This document shows, piece by piece, positions 37,829 to 47,282 of a stretch of DNA of 64,000 nt. Both the position numbers and the translations under genes were made by a program. The notes under the pieces are model-generated. The model had not been told where the DNA came from, ran no database searches, and was given only the letters and a program-made list of their open reading frames with translations. The first letter of the stretch is position 1; the number at the start of each line of letters is the position of its first letter. Source of the DNA: Candidatus Omnitrophota bacterium (GTDB lineage Bacteria; Omnitrophota; Gorgyraeia; Duberdicusellales; 4484-171); assembly GCA_037146775.1 (NCBI GenBank), contig JBAWWL010000003.1, positions 133,956 to 197,955 of the forward strand. The letters are read 5' to 3'.

Positions 37829-37897
37829 ACAGAAGACAGAAAACAGAAGTCAGATAATTTTTTTCTGACCTCTGTCATCTGATATCTGACTTCTGAA
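37829..37897. repeat. Heptamer-periodic inverted repeat
   Basis: CAG at 37830/37837/37844/37851 mirrored by CTG at 37865/37872/37879/37886/37893. Confidence 0.8.
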
Positions 37898-37911
37898 TAA
37901 CTTTGATGCCA

Positions 37912-39408
37912 ATGGAAAAGATTATAATATTTGATACGACATTGCGCGACGGAGAACAGGCGCCGGGCGCTTCCTTGACCTCAGAGCAAAAACTTGAGGT
38001 GGCATGTCAATTGGAAAAGCTTGGGGTTGATATTATTGAGGCCGGTTTTCCTATTGCCAGCCCCGATGATTTTAAAGCGGTAAGTACCATTGCCCGGGTT
38101 ATTAAACATTGCGCGGTATGTGGTTTAGCGCGCTGCGTCAAGGCGGACATTGAAGCAGCGGGCAATTCTTTAAGGAAAGCGAAGCGTCCGCGTATCCACA
38201 TTTTTCTTGCCACTTCCAAGATTCATCTACAATATAAATTTCACAAAGTTGAAGAAGAAATTTTAACATTAGCTAAACAGGCAATTCAAATGGCAAGAAA
38301 GCATTGTGATGATATAGAATTTTCTCCCGAAGACGCCACGCGTACCGAACGAGATTTTCTTTTCCGTGTGATAGAAACCGCTATCAAAGAAGGGGCGAAA
38401 ACGATCAATATACCCGACACTGTCGGTTATAGCTATCCGCAAGAAATTCATTCGTTGATTATGGATATTATCAACAACGTTCCCAATATAAACCAAGCCA
38501 CCCTTTCAATTCATTGTCATGATGACTTAGGAATGGCAACTGCGAATTCTTTATCGGCCATTTTAGCCGGTGTGCGCCAGGTACATTGTACGATTAACGG
38601 TATAGGCGAACGTGCCGGAAACGCTTCGTTGGAAGAAATTGTTATGGCGCTTAAAACCCGGCGCGATGCATTTGAACATTTCAGCAACGGTATTAACACA
38701 AAAGAATTGTATCGTACTTCGAGATTGGTTAGTGTTTCAACCAGCTTTGTGGTGCCTCCCAATAAAGCCATTGTGGGCGAAAATGCCTTTCGCCATGAGT
38801 CGGGGATTCACCAGGACGCAATGCTTAAAAAACGCACCACTTACGAGATTATGGATCCCAAAGATGTGGGAATAGAAAGCAGTGAACTGGTATTAGGAAA
38901 GCATTCCGGAAGACACGCTCTTTGTGCGCGGCTCAAACATCTCGGTTTGCAGTTGGATGAAAGAAGAGTTGAGACAGTTTTTAAGAAATTTAAAGAACTT
39001 GCCGATAAGAAGAAAGAGATATTTGACGAAGATTTGGTTACGTTAGCCGAGGAAGAAACGCGGGAGCATAAGAAAGGTTTCGAACTGGTCTCGGTACAGG
39101 TTATGACCGGTACGGATATCGTTCCTGATGCAACCGTGAAGCTGAAATACAAGAAAAAAATCTATCAAGCTCATTCAGGCGGAGACGGCCCGGTGGATGC
39201 TTGTTATAAGGCGATTGACAAAATTACCAAAATAAAGACGAAGCTGGTAAGTTACAAACTTGAAGCTATTACCAAAGGAAAAGACGCGCAAGGGTTAGTG
39301 AGGGTAGAGTTAAAAGTTGGCGGTAAGGCGGTGAGCGGCCGTGGTGCAAGTACCGATATTTTAGAGGCATCAGCCCGTGCGTATCTTGACGCGTTGAATA
39401 AGATTTAG
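37912..39408 (+). CDS. leuA: 2-isopropylmalate synthase
   Basis: DTTLRDGEQAPG, EAGFP, HCHDDLG, GERAGNA, HESGIHQD, LGKHSGRHA; regulatory domain GDGPVDA. Confidence 0.96.
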   Translation: MEKIIIFDTTLRDGEQAPGASLTSEQKLEVACQLEKLGVDIIEAGFPIASPDDFKAVSTIARVIKHCAVCGLARCVKADIEAAGNSLRKAKRPRIHIFLATSKIHLQYKFHKVEEEILTLAKQAIQMARKHCDDIEFSPEDATRTERDFLFRVIETAIKEGAKTINIPDTVGYSYPQEIHSLIMDIINNVPNINQATLSIHCHDDLGMATANSLSAILAGVRQVHCTINGIGERAGNASLEEIVMALKTRRDAFEHFSNGINTKELYRTSRLVSVSTSFVVPPNKAIVGENAFRHESGIHQDAMLKKRTTYEIMDPKDVGIESSELVLGKHSGRHALCARLKHLGLQLDERRVETVFKKFKELADKKKEIFDEDLVTLAEEETREHKKGFELVSVQVMTGTDIVPDATVKLKYKKKIYQAHSGGDGPVDACYKAIDKITKIKTKLVSYKLEAITKGKDAQGLVRVELKVGGKAVSGRGASTDILEASARAYLDALNKI

Positions 39409-39428
39409 GCAACATGAAAGAGGGTAAT

Positions 39429-39893
39429 ATGCGTTATGTGCTAAATATTATCGCGATTCTTATAGTGGTTGCGATTACAATCGGGATAATCCAGTACCGA
39501 CAACATTCTTCAACGTATCCTTTCGAGGGTACCTTCAAGCAGGCTTACAAAAATCTGGGCAAAACTCTGCGGGCAAAAGAAAAAGAAGTCCTTGTTTCTG
39601 TTTCTCCGGACAGGAAACGAGCTCTTACTTTTATTACCAAGGAAACGGCACTGCGAGAGCTTGTCCCGGAGTTATTCGGCACGTTTGACGAGCAGGAGTG
39701 GGAATACTTCTGGGGACTTCTCTATGATCCAATGGCTATTAAAAAGGGGAAGAAACCCGTTAAAACCTATCGTTCACGGGATGAAATTGAAAGCGTTTTA
39801 CGCGACCGGTATTCCGAGACTCTCGGTTACTATGATGACGCTAAGTGGTTTGCGTTGTGGAAAGCCGCCGGCGTGGATTGGTCACAATGGTAG
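39429..39893 (+). CDS. Hypothetical membrane-anchored protein
   Basis: N-terminal TM helix; in operon between leuA and aroE, overlaps the aroE start. Confidence 0.7.
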   Translation: MRYVLNIIAILIVVAITIGIIQYRQHSSTYPFEGTFKQAYKNLGKTLRAKEKEVLVSVSPDRKRALTFITKETALRELVPELFGTFDEQEWEYFWGLLYDPMAIKKGKKPVKTYRSRDEIESVLRDRYSETLGYYDDAKWFALWKAAGVDWSQW

Positions 39894-40726
39894 ATAGTCA
39901 GACAGCATGTTTAGGGTTATTTGGTTTTCCCGTCAAACATTCTCTATCGCCGCGCATTCATCGCTATTTCTCGAAACTGCACCGTATTAACGCCACCTAT
40001 CTTTGTTTTGAAGTTTCACCAGCCCATTTGGAAAAAGCAATTACCGGCGCTAAGGCGCTCGGCCTAAAAGGTTTCAACCTCACCATTCCCCATAAAGAAA
40101 GTATTATCCGTTATCTCGACTGCATTGATCCTGGAGCCAGGCTTATTGGTGCGGTGAATACGGTAAAAATCGAAAACGGTAAGACATTCGGATTTAATAC
40201 TGACGGAGAAGGTTTCCTGCGGCATCTTCAGGAAGAATTGTCGTTCGACCCTCGTCATAAGGATATAGCGATGCTTGGCGCCGGTGGAGCGGCAAGAGCG
40301 GTTTCGGTATATTTGGCCAAAATGCACCCGGCCAGCCTTGCAATATACGATATTGATAAGGCAAAAGCAAAAGCGTTATTGGGTCATCTGAAAGCAAATT
40401 TCAAGCATACCACGTTTCGTTTTGCCTCAAGCGTTATCGCGCTGGATATAGCGCAGTGTGATTTGTTAGTGAATACAACGCCTGTAGGTATGAAGCCGGG
40501 GGATCCTTGTCTTGTTGCCCCCGAACTTTTACATAAAAAGCTCTTTGTATATGATTTAATTTATAATCCCGGAGAAACCAAACTTCTTATGCGTTCACGT
40601 TTGCATGGTTGCCGCATTTCGAACGGTTTAGGAATGTTATTACATCAAGCCGCGCGGTCATTTGAGATTTGGACCGGTAAAAAGATAGCGAAAAGCAGTA
40701 TACAAAAATTACAATCTGCGATATGA
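39887..40726 (+). CDS. aroE: Shikimate dehydrogenase
   Basis: HSLSP, NLTIPHK, GAVNT, NTDGEG, GAGGAARA, NTTPVGM, DLIYNP, GLGMLLHQA. Confidence 0.96.
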   Translation: MVDSQTACLGLFGFPVKHSLSPRIHRYFSKLHRINATYLCFEVSPAHLEKAITGAKALGLKGFNLTIPHKESIIRYLDCIDPGARLIGAVNTVKIENGKTFGFNTDGEGFLRHLQEELSFDPRHKDIAMLGAGGAARAVSVYLAKMHPASLAIYDIDKAKAKALLGHLKANFKHTTFRFASSVIALDIAQCDLLVNTTPVGMKPGDPCLVAPELLHKKLFVYDLIYNPGETKLLMRSRLHGCRISNGLGMLLHQAARSFEIWTGKKIAKSSIQKLQSAI

Positions 40727-40748
40727 TACTGGTAAGGATGGATCAGCA

Positions 40749-41582
40749 GTGATAGAAAGCGTAATTGTTTTTATTTTTGGAAGTATCGTCGGCAGTTTTC
40801 TTAATGTATGTATCCACCGTCTGCCCAAAGACCTTTCTGTCGTAAAACCACGTTCATTTTGCCCGCACTGTAAAGTCCCGATATGCTGGTATGATAATAT
40901 TCCATTTATCAGTTTTATCATCCTTGGGGGCAAATGCCGCAAATGCCAAGGAAAAATTTCTTTTCGTTATCCGCTCGTTGAGCTGGTAACCGCAGTTTTT
41001 TTTGTTATTCTTTATACACAGCTTGGTCTTTCTTCCGTCTTACTGAAATATTTGTTTTTCTTTTGTTTGCTTATTGTCGTTTCATTTATTGATATCGATT
41101 ATCACGCTATTCCCGCATATCTTTGTTTTGTCGGCGTGATATTCGGTTTACTCTATGACGTGGTGATTACCGTTAGGCTTCTTGAGCGTGGGATGATCAC
41201 CAGTTGGCAGTTTTTACCGATACTCAGATCGCTGAAGGGGCTCATTTTTGGTCTCGGATTCACTTATCTTTTTAAATTCTTCGGTGATATAGCTATCGGT
41301 TTATATTTAAGCTGGCGAAAAAAAGAATCTATCGAAGGAGAAAAAGAATCTCTTGGCCTGGGCGATGTTGATTTTATGGGCATGACCGGCGTATTCTTGG
41401 GTATGCAGCAGGTAGTGCTTGTATTTTTCTTGGCACCGTTTTTTGCGCTTCTTTATTCTGCAGCGGCATTATTTTTAAAAAAATCACACGTCATTCCCTA
41501 TCTGCCGTATCTTTCGCTTGCTTCGATAGCGGTATTTTTCTGGGAAAAGCAGATTTTGAAGATAGTTGGTTTTGGATTTTAA
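40749..41582 (+). CDS. pilD: Type IV prepilin peptidase
   Basis: GSFLNVCIHRLP, CPHC/CRKC zinc pairs, IDIDY, GLGDVD, IPYLPYL. Confidence 0.93.
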   Translation: MIESVIVFIFGSIVGSFLNVCIHRLPKDLSVVKPRSFCPHCKVPICWYDNIPFISFIILGGKCRKCQGKISFRYPLVELVTAVFFVILYTQLGLSSVLLKYLFFFCLLIVVSFIDIDYHAIPAYLCFVGVIFGLLYDVVITVRLLERGMITSWQFLPILRSLKGLIFGLGFTYLFKFFGDIAIGLYLSWRKKESIEGEKESLGLGDVDFMGMTGVFLGMQQVVLVFFLAPFFALLYSAAALFLKKSHVIPYLPYLSLASIAVFFWEKQILKIVGFGF

Positions 41583-41594
41583 GAAGGAGTGTCC

Positions 41595-42728
41595 ATGCGT
41601 CTTTTAACCGCCGGCGAATCTCATGGTTCTTATAACGTTGCGATACTTGAGGGTTTCCCCAAAGGTGTCCGGATAGAGCAACGGTTTATCAATGAAGAGC
41701 TCAAAAGAAGGATGACCGGTGTCGGCCGCGGTGGCCGGATGCTGATAGAGGAGGATAGTGCGGAAATTGTTTCTGGGCTGCGCAATAAAATTACCTTAGG
41801 AAGCCCCATAGCGATTTTAATAAAGAATAAAGACGCAAAGATTTTTGCTCAAGCCTCGGACAACCTTGCATCTTTATCCATTCCGCGCCCTGCGCATGCG
41901 GATCTGTGCGGTGCGCTGAAATATGGCGAGAAAGACCTACGAAATATTTTAGAGCGGGCTTCGGCGCGCGAAACAGTAGCGCGGGTAGCTGTCGGCGCAA
42001 TATGCAAACAGTTTCTCTCTTTATTCCGTGTGCGCATCGCAAGTTTTACTGTGGGCGTTGGGAGAGTTTTGTCCGGAGTAAAACCGAAAGATATCTCGGA
42101 AATTATTGCTTCCAGGAAACAAGAGCTTAATTGTATCGATGCTGTCGCAGGGAAACAGATGATTAAAGCGATCAAACAGGCTCAAAGTTCTGGTGATAGT
42201 CTTGGTGGAATAGTAGAGGTATGGGTTGATGGGCTTGTGTGCGGTTTGGGCAGTTTCATGCACTTTGATAAGCGTTTGGATGCAAAACTTGCCGGCTATC
42301 TTATGAGTATCCCGGCAGTAAAAGGTGTGGAGATTGGGCTAGGATTCAAGTATGCACAAGAGAGGGGTTCTCTCTCTCACGACGCAATATATTACTCTCC
42401 GTCAAAAAAGTTTTATAGAAACACGAATAATTCCGGCGGTATTGAGGGCGGTATTTCGACCGGCTCACCCGTAGTGATGCGTGTGGCGATGAAACCTATT
42501 GCGACACTCTGTAAGCCTCTGGAATCCGTCGATCTTATGACCAAGAAGAAAGAAAAAGCAATGGTAGAGCGCTGCGATACTTGTGCTATTGTGGCTTTGT
42601 CGGTTATTGCGGAAGCCATGAGCTCACTAGCGGTTACCGAAAGCTTCCTGGAGAAGTTTAGTTGTGATAGTTTACCGGAGATCAAAAGGAATTATCAAGG
42701 TTATCTGAAAAGCATTGACAATTTATAA
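41595..42728 (+). CDS. aroC: Chorismate synthase
   Basis: TAGESHG, PRPAHAD, ERASARET, NNSGGIEGG, KPIATL. Confidence 0.96.
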   Translation: MRLLTAGESHGSYNVAILEGFPKGVRIEQRFINEELKRRMTGVGRGGRMLIEEDSAEIVSGLRNKITLGSPIAILIKNKDAKIFAQASDNLASLSIPRPAHADLCGALKYGEKDLRNILERASARETVARVAVGAICKQFLSLFRVRIASFTVGVGRVLSGVKPKDISEIIASRKQELNCIDAVAGKQMIKAIKQAQSSGDSLGGIVEVWVDGLVCGLGSFMHFDKRLDAKLAGYLMSIPAVKGVEIGLGFKYAQERGSLSHDAIYYSPSKKFYRNTNNSGGIEGGISTGSPVVMRVAMKPIATLCKPLESVDLMTKKKEKAMVERCDTCAIVALSVIAEAMSSLAVTESFLEKFSCDSLPEIKRNYQGYLKSIDNL

Positions 42729-42859
42729 ATTTTTTGTAAAATTTTTTATATTCCGTTATAACATCTTTTGTAAGAAAGGAGGTGCCCACACTTTGCGGCA
42801 TGAAGTTATGTGTGGTGTCCATTTTATAGAAGTATTACAGGGTTAAAAAAAGGAGTAAG

Positions 42860-43306
42860 ATGAAAAGTATAGCTTTTGTACTTGCCGTTCTTTTAGTGTG
42901 TGTAGCAGGGTGTGGCAGAAAAACTGAAAAAGTAGATACAGCCACCGAAACTGAAAATCTTACCAGCGAATTTGGTATGGTTACCGTAGAAAGTCCGACC
43001 ACCGAAACAACAGCTACAACGCAAGCTACCAGCGAAATACCAGTAGCCACTACTGAATCAGCGAAGGATGTTTTGAGCCAAGAAGCTCCCCTTACTGCTG
43101 TTGCTATGGAAAAACCTACGGTGAGCAATATTCAGCAGGCGCTTAAGAACCTCGGTTTATATGTCGGCAAACTCGATGGTACTCTTGGTCCCAAAACAAA
43201 GAAAGCTATCGAAGAATTCCAGAAGCAGAATAATCTTAAGGTAGACGGCAAGGTTGGCCCAAAAACCTGGGAAAAGCTGAAAACGCATCTCACGAAAGCG
43301 CAGTAA
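42860..43306 (+). CDS. Lipoprotein with C-terminal peptidoglycan-binding domain (PG_binding_1)
   Basis: Lipobox VAGC; Thr-rich linker; IQQALKNLG...DGTLGPKTKKAIEEFQ...DGKVGPKTW. Confidence 0.9.
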   Translation: MKSIAFVLAVLLVCVAGCGRKTEKVDTATETENLTSEFGMVTVESPTTETTATTQATSEIPVATTESAKDVLSQEAPLTAVAMEKPTVSNIQQALKNLGLYVGKLDGTLGPKTKKAIEEFQKQNNLKVDGKVGPKTWEKLKTHLTKAQ

Positions 43307-43437
43307 ATCGCTTTCAAATAGTTTAGGTGAGATAGGGGACTACGCGTGCAGTGTGTTTTATAGGACTATAGATTTCCTTCCAGGATTACTCTGTATCACT
43401 GTCTATATCCGCATAATTTGAGGTATAATTATTGAGC

Positions 43438-44709
43438 ATGGAGCTACGTTTTTTAACTCTTACGCTTTTTGTTTTTGCCTATCTTCTTTTCATTTTTTTA
43501 CCCGGTAAAAGAACATATATTGCTCTCATTGCCTCTTGCGCGCTTATCATAAGCCGCTGCATAGGCCTGCGGGAAGCATTTTTTGTCATTAACTGGAACG
43601 TGATGGGTATTTTTGTCGGCACCCTGGTAATCGCCGACCTTTTTATGGAAAGCCGCATGCCGGCTTATTTGGCCGAGCTGATTGTAAACCGCTCAAAAAA
43701 TACCTGTATCGCTATGCTTTTTATTTGTGCCCTTACTGGTTTTATCTCCGCATTTGTAGAAAACGTTGCTACTGTTTTGATTGTCGCACCTATCGCTTTA
43801 GCTCTGTCGAAAAAGCTTCATATTAGCCCGGTCAAGCTGTTGATTGCGATTGCGATAAGTTCAAATTTGCAGGGAACCGCTACGCTCATCGGTGATCCAC
43901 CCAGCATGCTTTTGGGCGGTTTTGCAAAAATGAATTTTATGGATTTTTTCTTTTATAAAGGAAAACCCAGCATTTTCTTTGCCGTTCAAGCGGGCGCGTT
44001 GGTTTCTTTTGTGGTGTTGTATTATATCTTTAGGAAGGAGAAGAAGCAGGTCGAGCTTTTACGGGTAGAAAAAATAAAATCATTGGTGCCGACGTTTTTA
44101 CTCGTCGCTCTTATTATAGCTTTAGCTATTTCATCTTTCTTTGATACTGGCTTTAGCTTCCTTGCCGGCACGATCTGTTTAATTACCGCTTTTCTCGGGC
44201 TTCTGTGGGATGCGTTCGCTAATAAAGGTAATTTCATCGCGCGCATAAAAGCGTTAGACTGGGAAACCACCTTTTTTTTAGTAGGAGTATTCATCTTGGT
44301 CGGCAGCCTCACTCTTACCGGATGGATTGATGTAAGCGCGGGATTCCTATCGCAACTTATCGGCCAGAATATTTTCCTGGGATTCGTTCTGCTGGTTACT
44401 ATTTCGGTGGTATTGTCCGCTTTTATTGATAATGTGCCATTCTTGGCGGCAATGCTTCCGGTTACCGTCAGTGTTGCACAAAAACTTTCTGTTGAGCCGA
44501 CCGTATTTTTATTCGGACTGCTTATCGGCACAAGCCTGGGCGGCAATATTACTCCCATAGGTGCGTCAGCCAATATCGTGAGCGTGGGCATTCTTAAGAA
44601 AGAGGGGTATCAGGTAAAATTTATGGATTTTGTTAAAATCGGTTTACCGTTTACCATAGTTGCAGTGTTGGCTGCCTGTTGTTTTGTGTGGGTTGTCTGG
44701 AAGCCATAA
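43438..44709 (+). CDS. ArsB/NhaD/SLC13-family ion transporter
   Basis: SAFVENVATV, GTATLIGDPPS, SAFIDNVP, GGNITPIGASAN. Confidence 0.9.
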   Translation: MELRFLTLTLFVFAYLLFIFLPGKRTYIALIASCALIISRCIGLREAFFVINWNVMGIFVGTLVIADLFMESRMPAYLAELIVNRSKNTCIAMLFICALTGFISAFVENVATVLIVAPIALALSKKLHISPVKLLIAIAISSNLQGTATLIGDPPSMLLGGFAKMNFMDFFFYKGKPSIFFAVQAGALVSFVVLYYIFRKEKKQVELLRVEKIKSLVPTFLLVALIIALAISSFFDTGFSFLAGTICLITAFLGLLWDAFANKGNFIARIKALDWETTFFLVGVFILVGSLTLTGWIDVSAGFLSQLIGQNIFLGFVLLVTISVVLSAFIDNVPFLAAMLPVTVSVAQKLSVEPTVFLFGLLIGTSLGGNITPIGASANIVSVGILKKEGYQVKFMDFVKIGLPFTIVAVLAACCFVWVVWKP

Positions 44710-44781
44710 CAATGAATTGTTTGCTTACGAATAAAATGATTGTAAAATAAGATGGAACCATAAAGATATCTTATCACCATC

Positions 44782-45357
44782 ATGAAAAATTTCTTTTTAG
44801 CTTTTATTCCCATATTTGTGGCTGTCGATGCTGTCGGTGTCCTGCCTATTTTTATTTCTCTTACTGAGGGGCTTAAGAAAAAAGAAAAAACGAAGGTTAT
44901 TTTGCAGTCTCTTTTTACTGCCACTTGCCTGGCGCTCGGGTTTATCTTTTTAGGGAAAGCAATATTTAAGTTTTTAAATATCACCGTAAGCGATTTTATG
45001 ATCGCAGGAGGAAGTATACTTTTCTGTATCGCCATCAGTGATATTGTGAATCCGGAAAAAAAGCGCCGCATTCCAGGTCAGGAGTTAGGGGCAGTTCCTT
45101 TAGGGACTCCCTTGATCGTCGGCCCGGCGGTGCTTACCACCTCGTTGATAATTATAGAAGAATATGGGTTATACCCAACGATTGCATCAGTGGTAGCGAA
45201 TGTTGCAATAGCAGGGTTAATTTTTTCTCTCTCCGGCGTCTTGATACGGCTTATCGGTGACGCAGGAGCTAAGGCGCTTTCCAAGGTAACAAGTCTGCTT
45301 TTAGCCGCCATCGCCATTATGATGATGAGAAAAGGTATAATGCAGCTCTTAAGGTAA
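44782..45357 (+). CDS. MarC family membrane protein
   Basis: FVAVDAVGVLPIF, FMIAGGSILF, VPLGTPLIVGP. Confidence 0.92.
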   Translation: MKNFFLAFIPIFVAVDAVGVLPIFISLTEGLKKKEKTKVILQSLFTATCLALGFIFLGKAIFKFLNITVSDFMIAGGSILFCIAISDIVNPEKKRRIPGQELGAVPLGTPLIVGPAVLTTSLIIIEEYGLYPTIASVVANVAIAGLIFSLSGVLIRLIGDAGAKALSKVTSLLLAAIAIMMMRKGIMQLLR

Positions 45358-45478
45358 TTTACCTGCCCAATCTTGCGGTATTGACTTTTGTCAAGAAATG
45401 TATAAAATTTTATGGTAAACTTCGGTTATTTTTTAAAGCAGTTTTGTCTGCTGTGATATCAATAAAGGAGGTGTCCAG

Positions 45479-45901
45479 ATGTTTTTACGGTTACTTTGCA
45501 TTGCCATGTTAGTGATAGGCATTAGCGGTTGCGCGACGGCAAAAAAGAGCGCATCATCATCACAAATCGAAGAATTTAACGGTAAGATCAGTGACTTAGA
45601 AAAGCAGTTGCAAGAAAAAGACAGTGAAATTCGCGACTTAGAAGACCGATTATCCAGAACGCAAGGCGTAGAAGAAATGGTGAATGTGACAGAGGTAGAT
45701 ATTTCTAGCGCTACGCCTATACGGATTCAAACCGCGCTTAAAAACGCCGGTTTTTATAATGAAGCCGTTGACGGAAAGTTAGGAAGAAAAACAAAAGAAG
45801 CAATCAAGGCATTTCAGAAAGAGAACAGTTTAAAGGCCGATGGCGTAGTGGGAAAGCAAACGTGGTCAAAATTGCAAAAGTTTTTAGGACAGTCTCGTTA
45901 A
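45479..45901 (+). CDS. Lipoprotein with coiled coil and peptidoglycan-binding domain
   Basis: Lipobox ISGC; IQTALKNAGFY...DGKLGRKTKEAIKAFQ...DGVVGKQTW; paralog of 42860-43306. Confidence 0.9.
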   Translation: MFLRLLCIAMLVIGISGCATAKKSASSSQIEEFNGKISDLEKQLQEKDSEIRDLEDRLSRTQGVEEMVNVTEVDISSATPIRIQTALKNAGFYNEAVDGKLGRKTKEAIKAFQKENSLKADGVVGKQTWSKLQKFLGQSR

Positions 45902-45906
45902 GGAAT

Positions 45907-46010
45907 CGTGATAGTCTTTTCCTGCCTTCTCGCAGGCCGCTATCACGCGCTCATAAAGATTGAGCAAACTTTTCACGGGGAAGTATTTTTGTGTTTCGAT
46001 GTGTGATAGT
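45907..46010 (+). ncRNA. Candidate structured RNA (multi-stem) preceding a terminator
   Basis: CGTGATAG/CTATCACG, CCTGC/GCAGG and GCTCA/TGAGC stems; no family recognised. Confidence 0.3.
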
Positions 46011-46045
46011 AAAGAGCGAGCCCTAAAAAGGCTCGCTCTTTTTTT
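46011..46045 (+). terminator. Rho-independent terminator
   Basis: AAAGAGCGAGCC-loop-GGCTCGCTCTTT followed by a T run. Confidence 0.88.
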
Positions 46046-46176
46046 GGCAAACCCCAGGCATCTTTAGATATTTTTTGTGGTGAACCGCGTTTTTTACAAA
46101 TAGAATAAGCGATTATTGTTTAAATTGATCACAGAACTTCTTGTAGCTGTCTGTTCTCACAGGCAAGGAGAGGGCT

Positions 46177-46506
46177 ATGAAGACAATATTTCTTTTAACT
46201 CTGTCGAATATTTTTATGACGTTTGCCTGGTATGGCCACCTCAAGTATAAAAATTCTCCCCTATGGATAGCAATAATCGTAAGTTGGCTTATTGCGTTTG
46301 TCGAATATTGTTTTCAGGTACCTGCCAATCGTATCGGGCACTATCGATTTACGACGGTACAGCTTAAAACTATCCAGGAAGTCATTACGTTAGTTGTTTT
46401 TTGTTTCTTTTCGGTGTTTTACTTAAGAGAAAATCTCAAACTAAATCATATCGTTGGCTTTGTTATGATTATTATCGCGGTATTTGTCATTTTTAAAAAA
46501 TGGTAA
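46177..46506 (+). CDS. DMT family small membrane protein (DUF486 type)
   Basis: SNIFMTFAWYGHLK, EYCFQVPANRIG, QLKTIQEVITL. Confidence 0.92.
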   Translation: MKTIFLLTLSNIFMTFAWYGHLKYKNSPLWIAIIVSWLIAFVEYCFQVPANRIGHYRFTTVQLKTIQEVITLVVFCFFSVFYLRENLKLNHIVGFVMIIIAVFVIFKKW

Positions 46507-46576
46507 GGTAGTATTGGTATGCAATGACAACATGTGGTTGACTGATGCCAAGGGTGGTAGTATCATCATAGTATAC

Positions 46577-46999
46577 ATGAAAAGAAAATATATATTGTTG
46601 GCGGCAGTATTGCTTGTCTCGATAATGGCTATTCATAGCGGTGTGGTGTGGGCTATTGCCGAGAAAAAAGTAGGCACAGTCACGATTAAGGCCAGCACGG
46701 GAACCAGGGATATTATGCCATTTTTAGAAGATATGGTTGTTCGCTGGGGAAAATACTTTCGGTTACTTTACGGTGAATATAAGAACGATAAGATAGTAAT
46801 CCAGATAGATACGAATGGGAATTATTTTGTTTTTGATGAAATTTCCAGGGTTGGCCATGCGGTTGCATACGAAGTGGCCACGCTTTACCCTCTGGCTGAA
46901 GCAACTATTGTTATGCGCGCGCCTGAATCCGAGGGGGCGTGGCATACGCTGGAATGGACTGTTATAGAAGGCGAAATAACCAATTATACCGAACGTTAA
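46577..46999 (+). CDS. Hypothetical secreted protein
   Basis: Signal peptide MKRKYILLAAVLLVSIMA; own promoter TTGACT-17-TATCAT. Confidence 0.7.
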   Translation: MKRKYILLAAVLLVSIMAIHSGVVWAIAEKKVGTVTIKASTGTRDIMPFLEDMVVRWGKYFRLLYGEYKNDKIVIQIDTNGNYFVFDEISRVGHAVAYEVATLYPLAEATIVMRAPESEGAWHTLEWTVIEGEITNYTER

Positions 47000-47282
47000 T
47001 CCTTCCTGTCTCTGATTTTTTCCCCGCACTATTTTTCTTGGCGTATAGGAAAGTATAAAAAAGGCAAATCATTTATACAAAATATTTACTTTCCAATTGT
47101 AACAACGCTAAGGAACCTCGAAATACAGGGTGGACCCTTCGCACTAACCTAAAATAGTTGTAAGCTTCGCCTCAGGATGAAGCAAGATTTCTTGAAAACG
47201 CTTACAAAAAACAGGCACTTTCGCTGGTTTTTACCATCGCTTATATGGTACTATCTAAATTAGGTGAAAGAGGGGGGTGTTT

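Noticed and set aside
42775-42790. AAAGGAGGTG as an antisense 16S rRNA 3' end fragment
   Set aside because: The match is limited to the Shine-Dalgarno complement; no rRNA sequence follows
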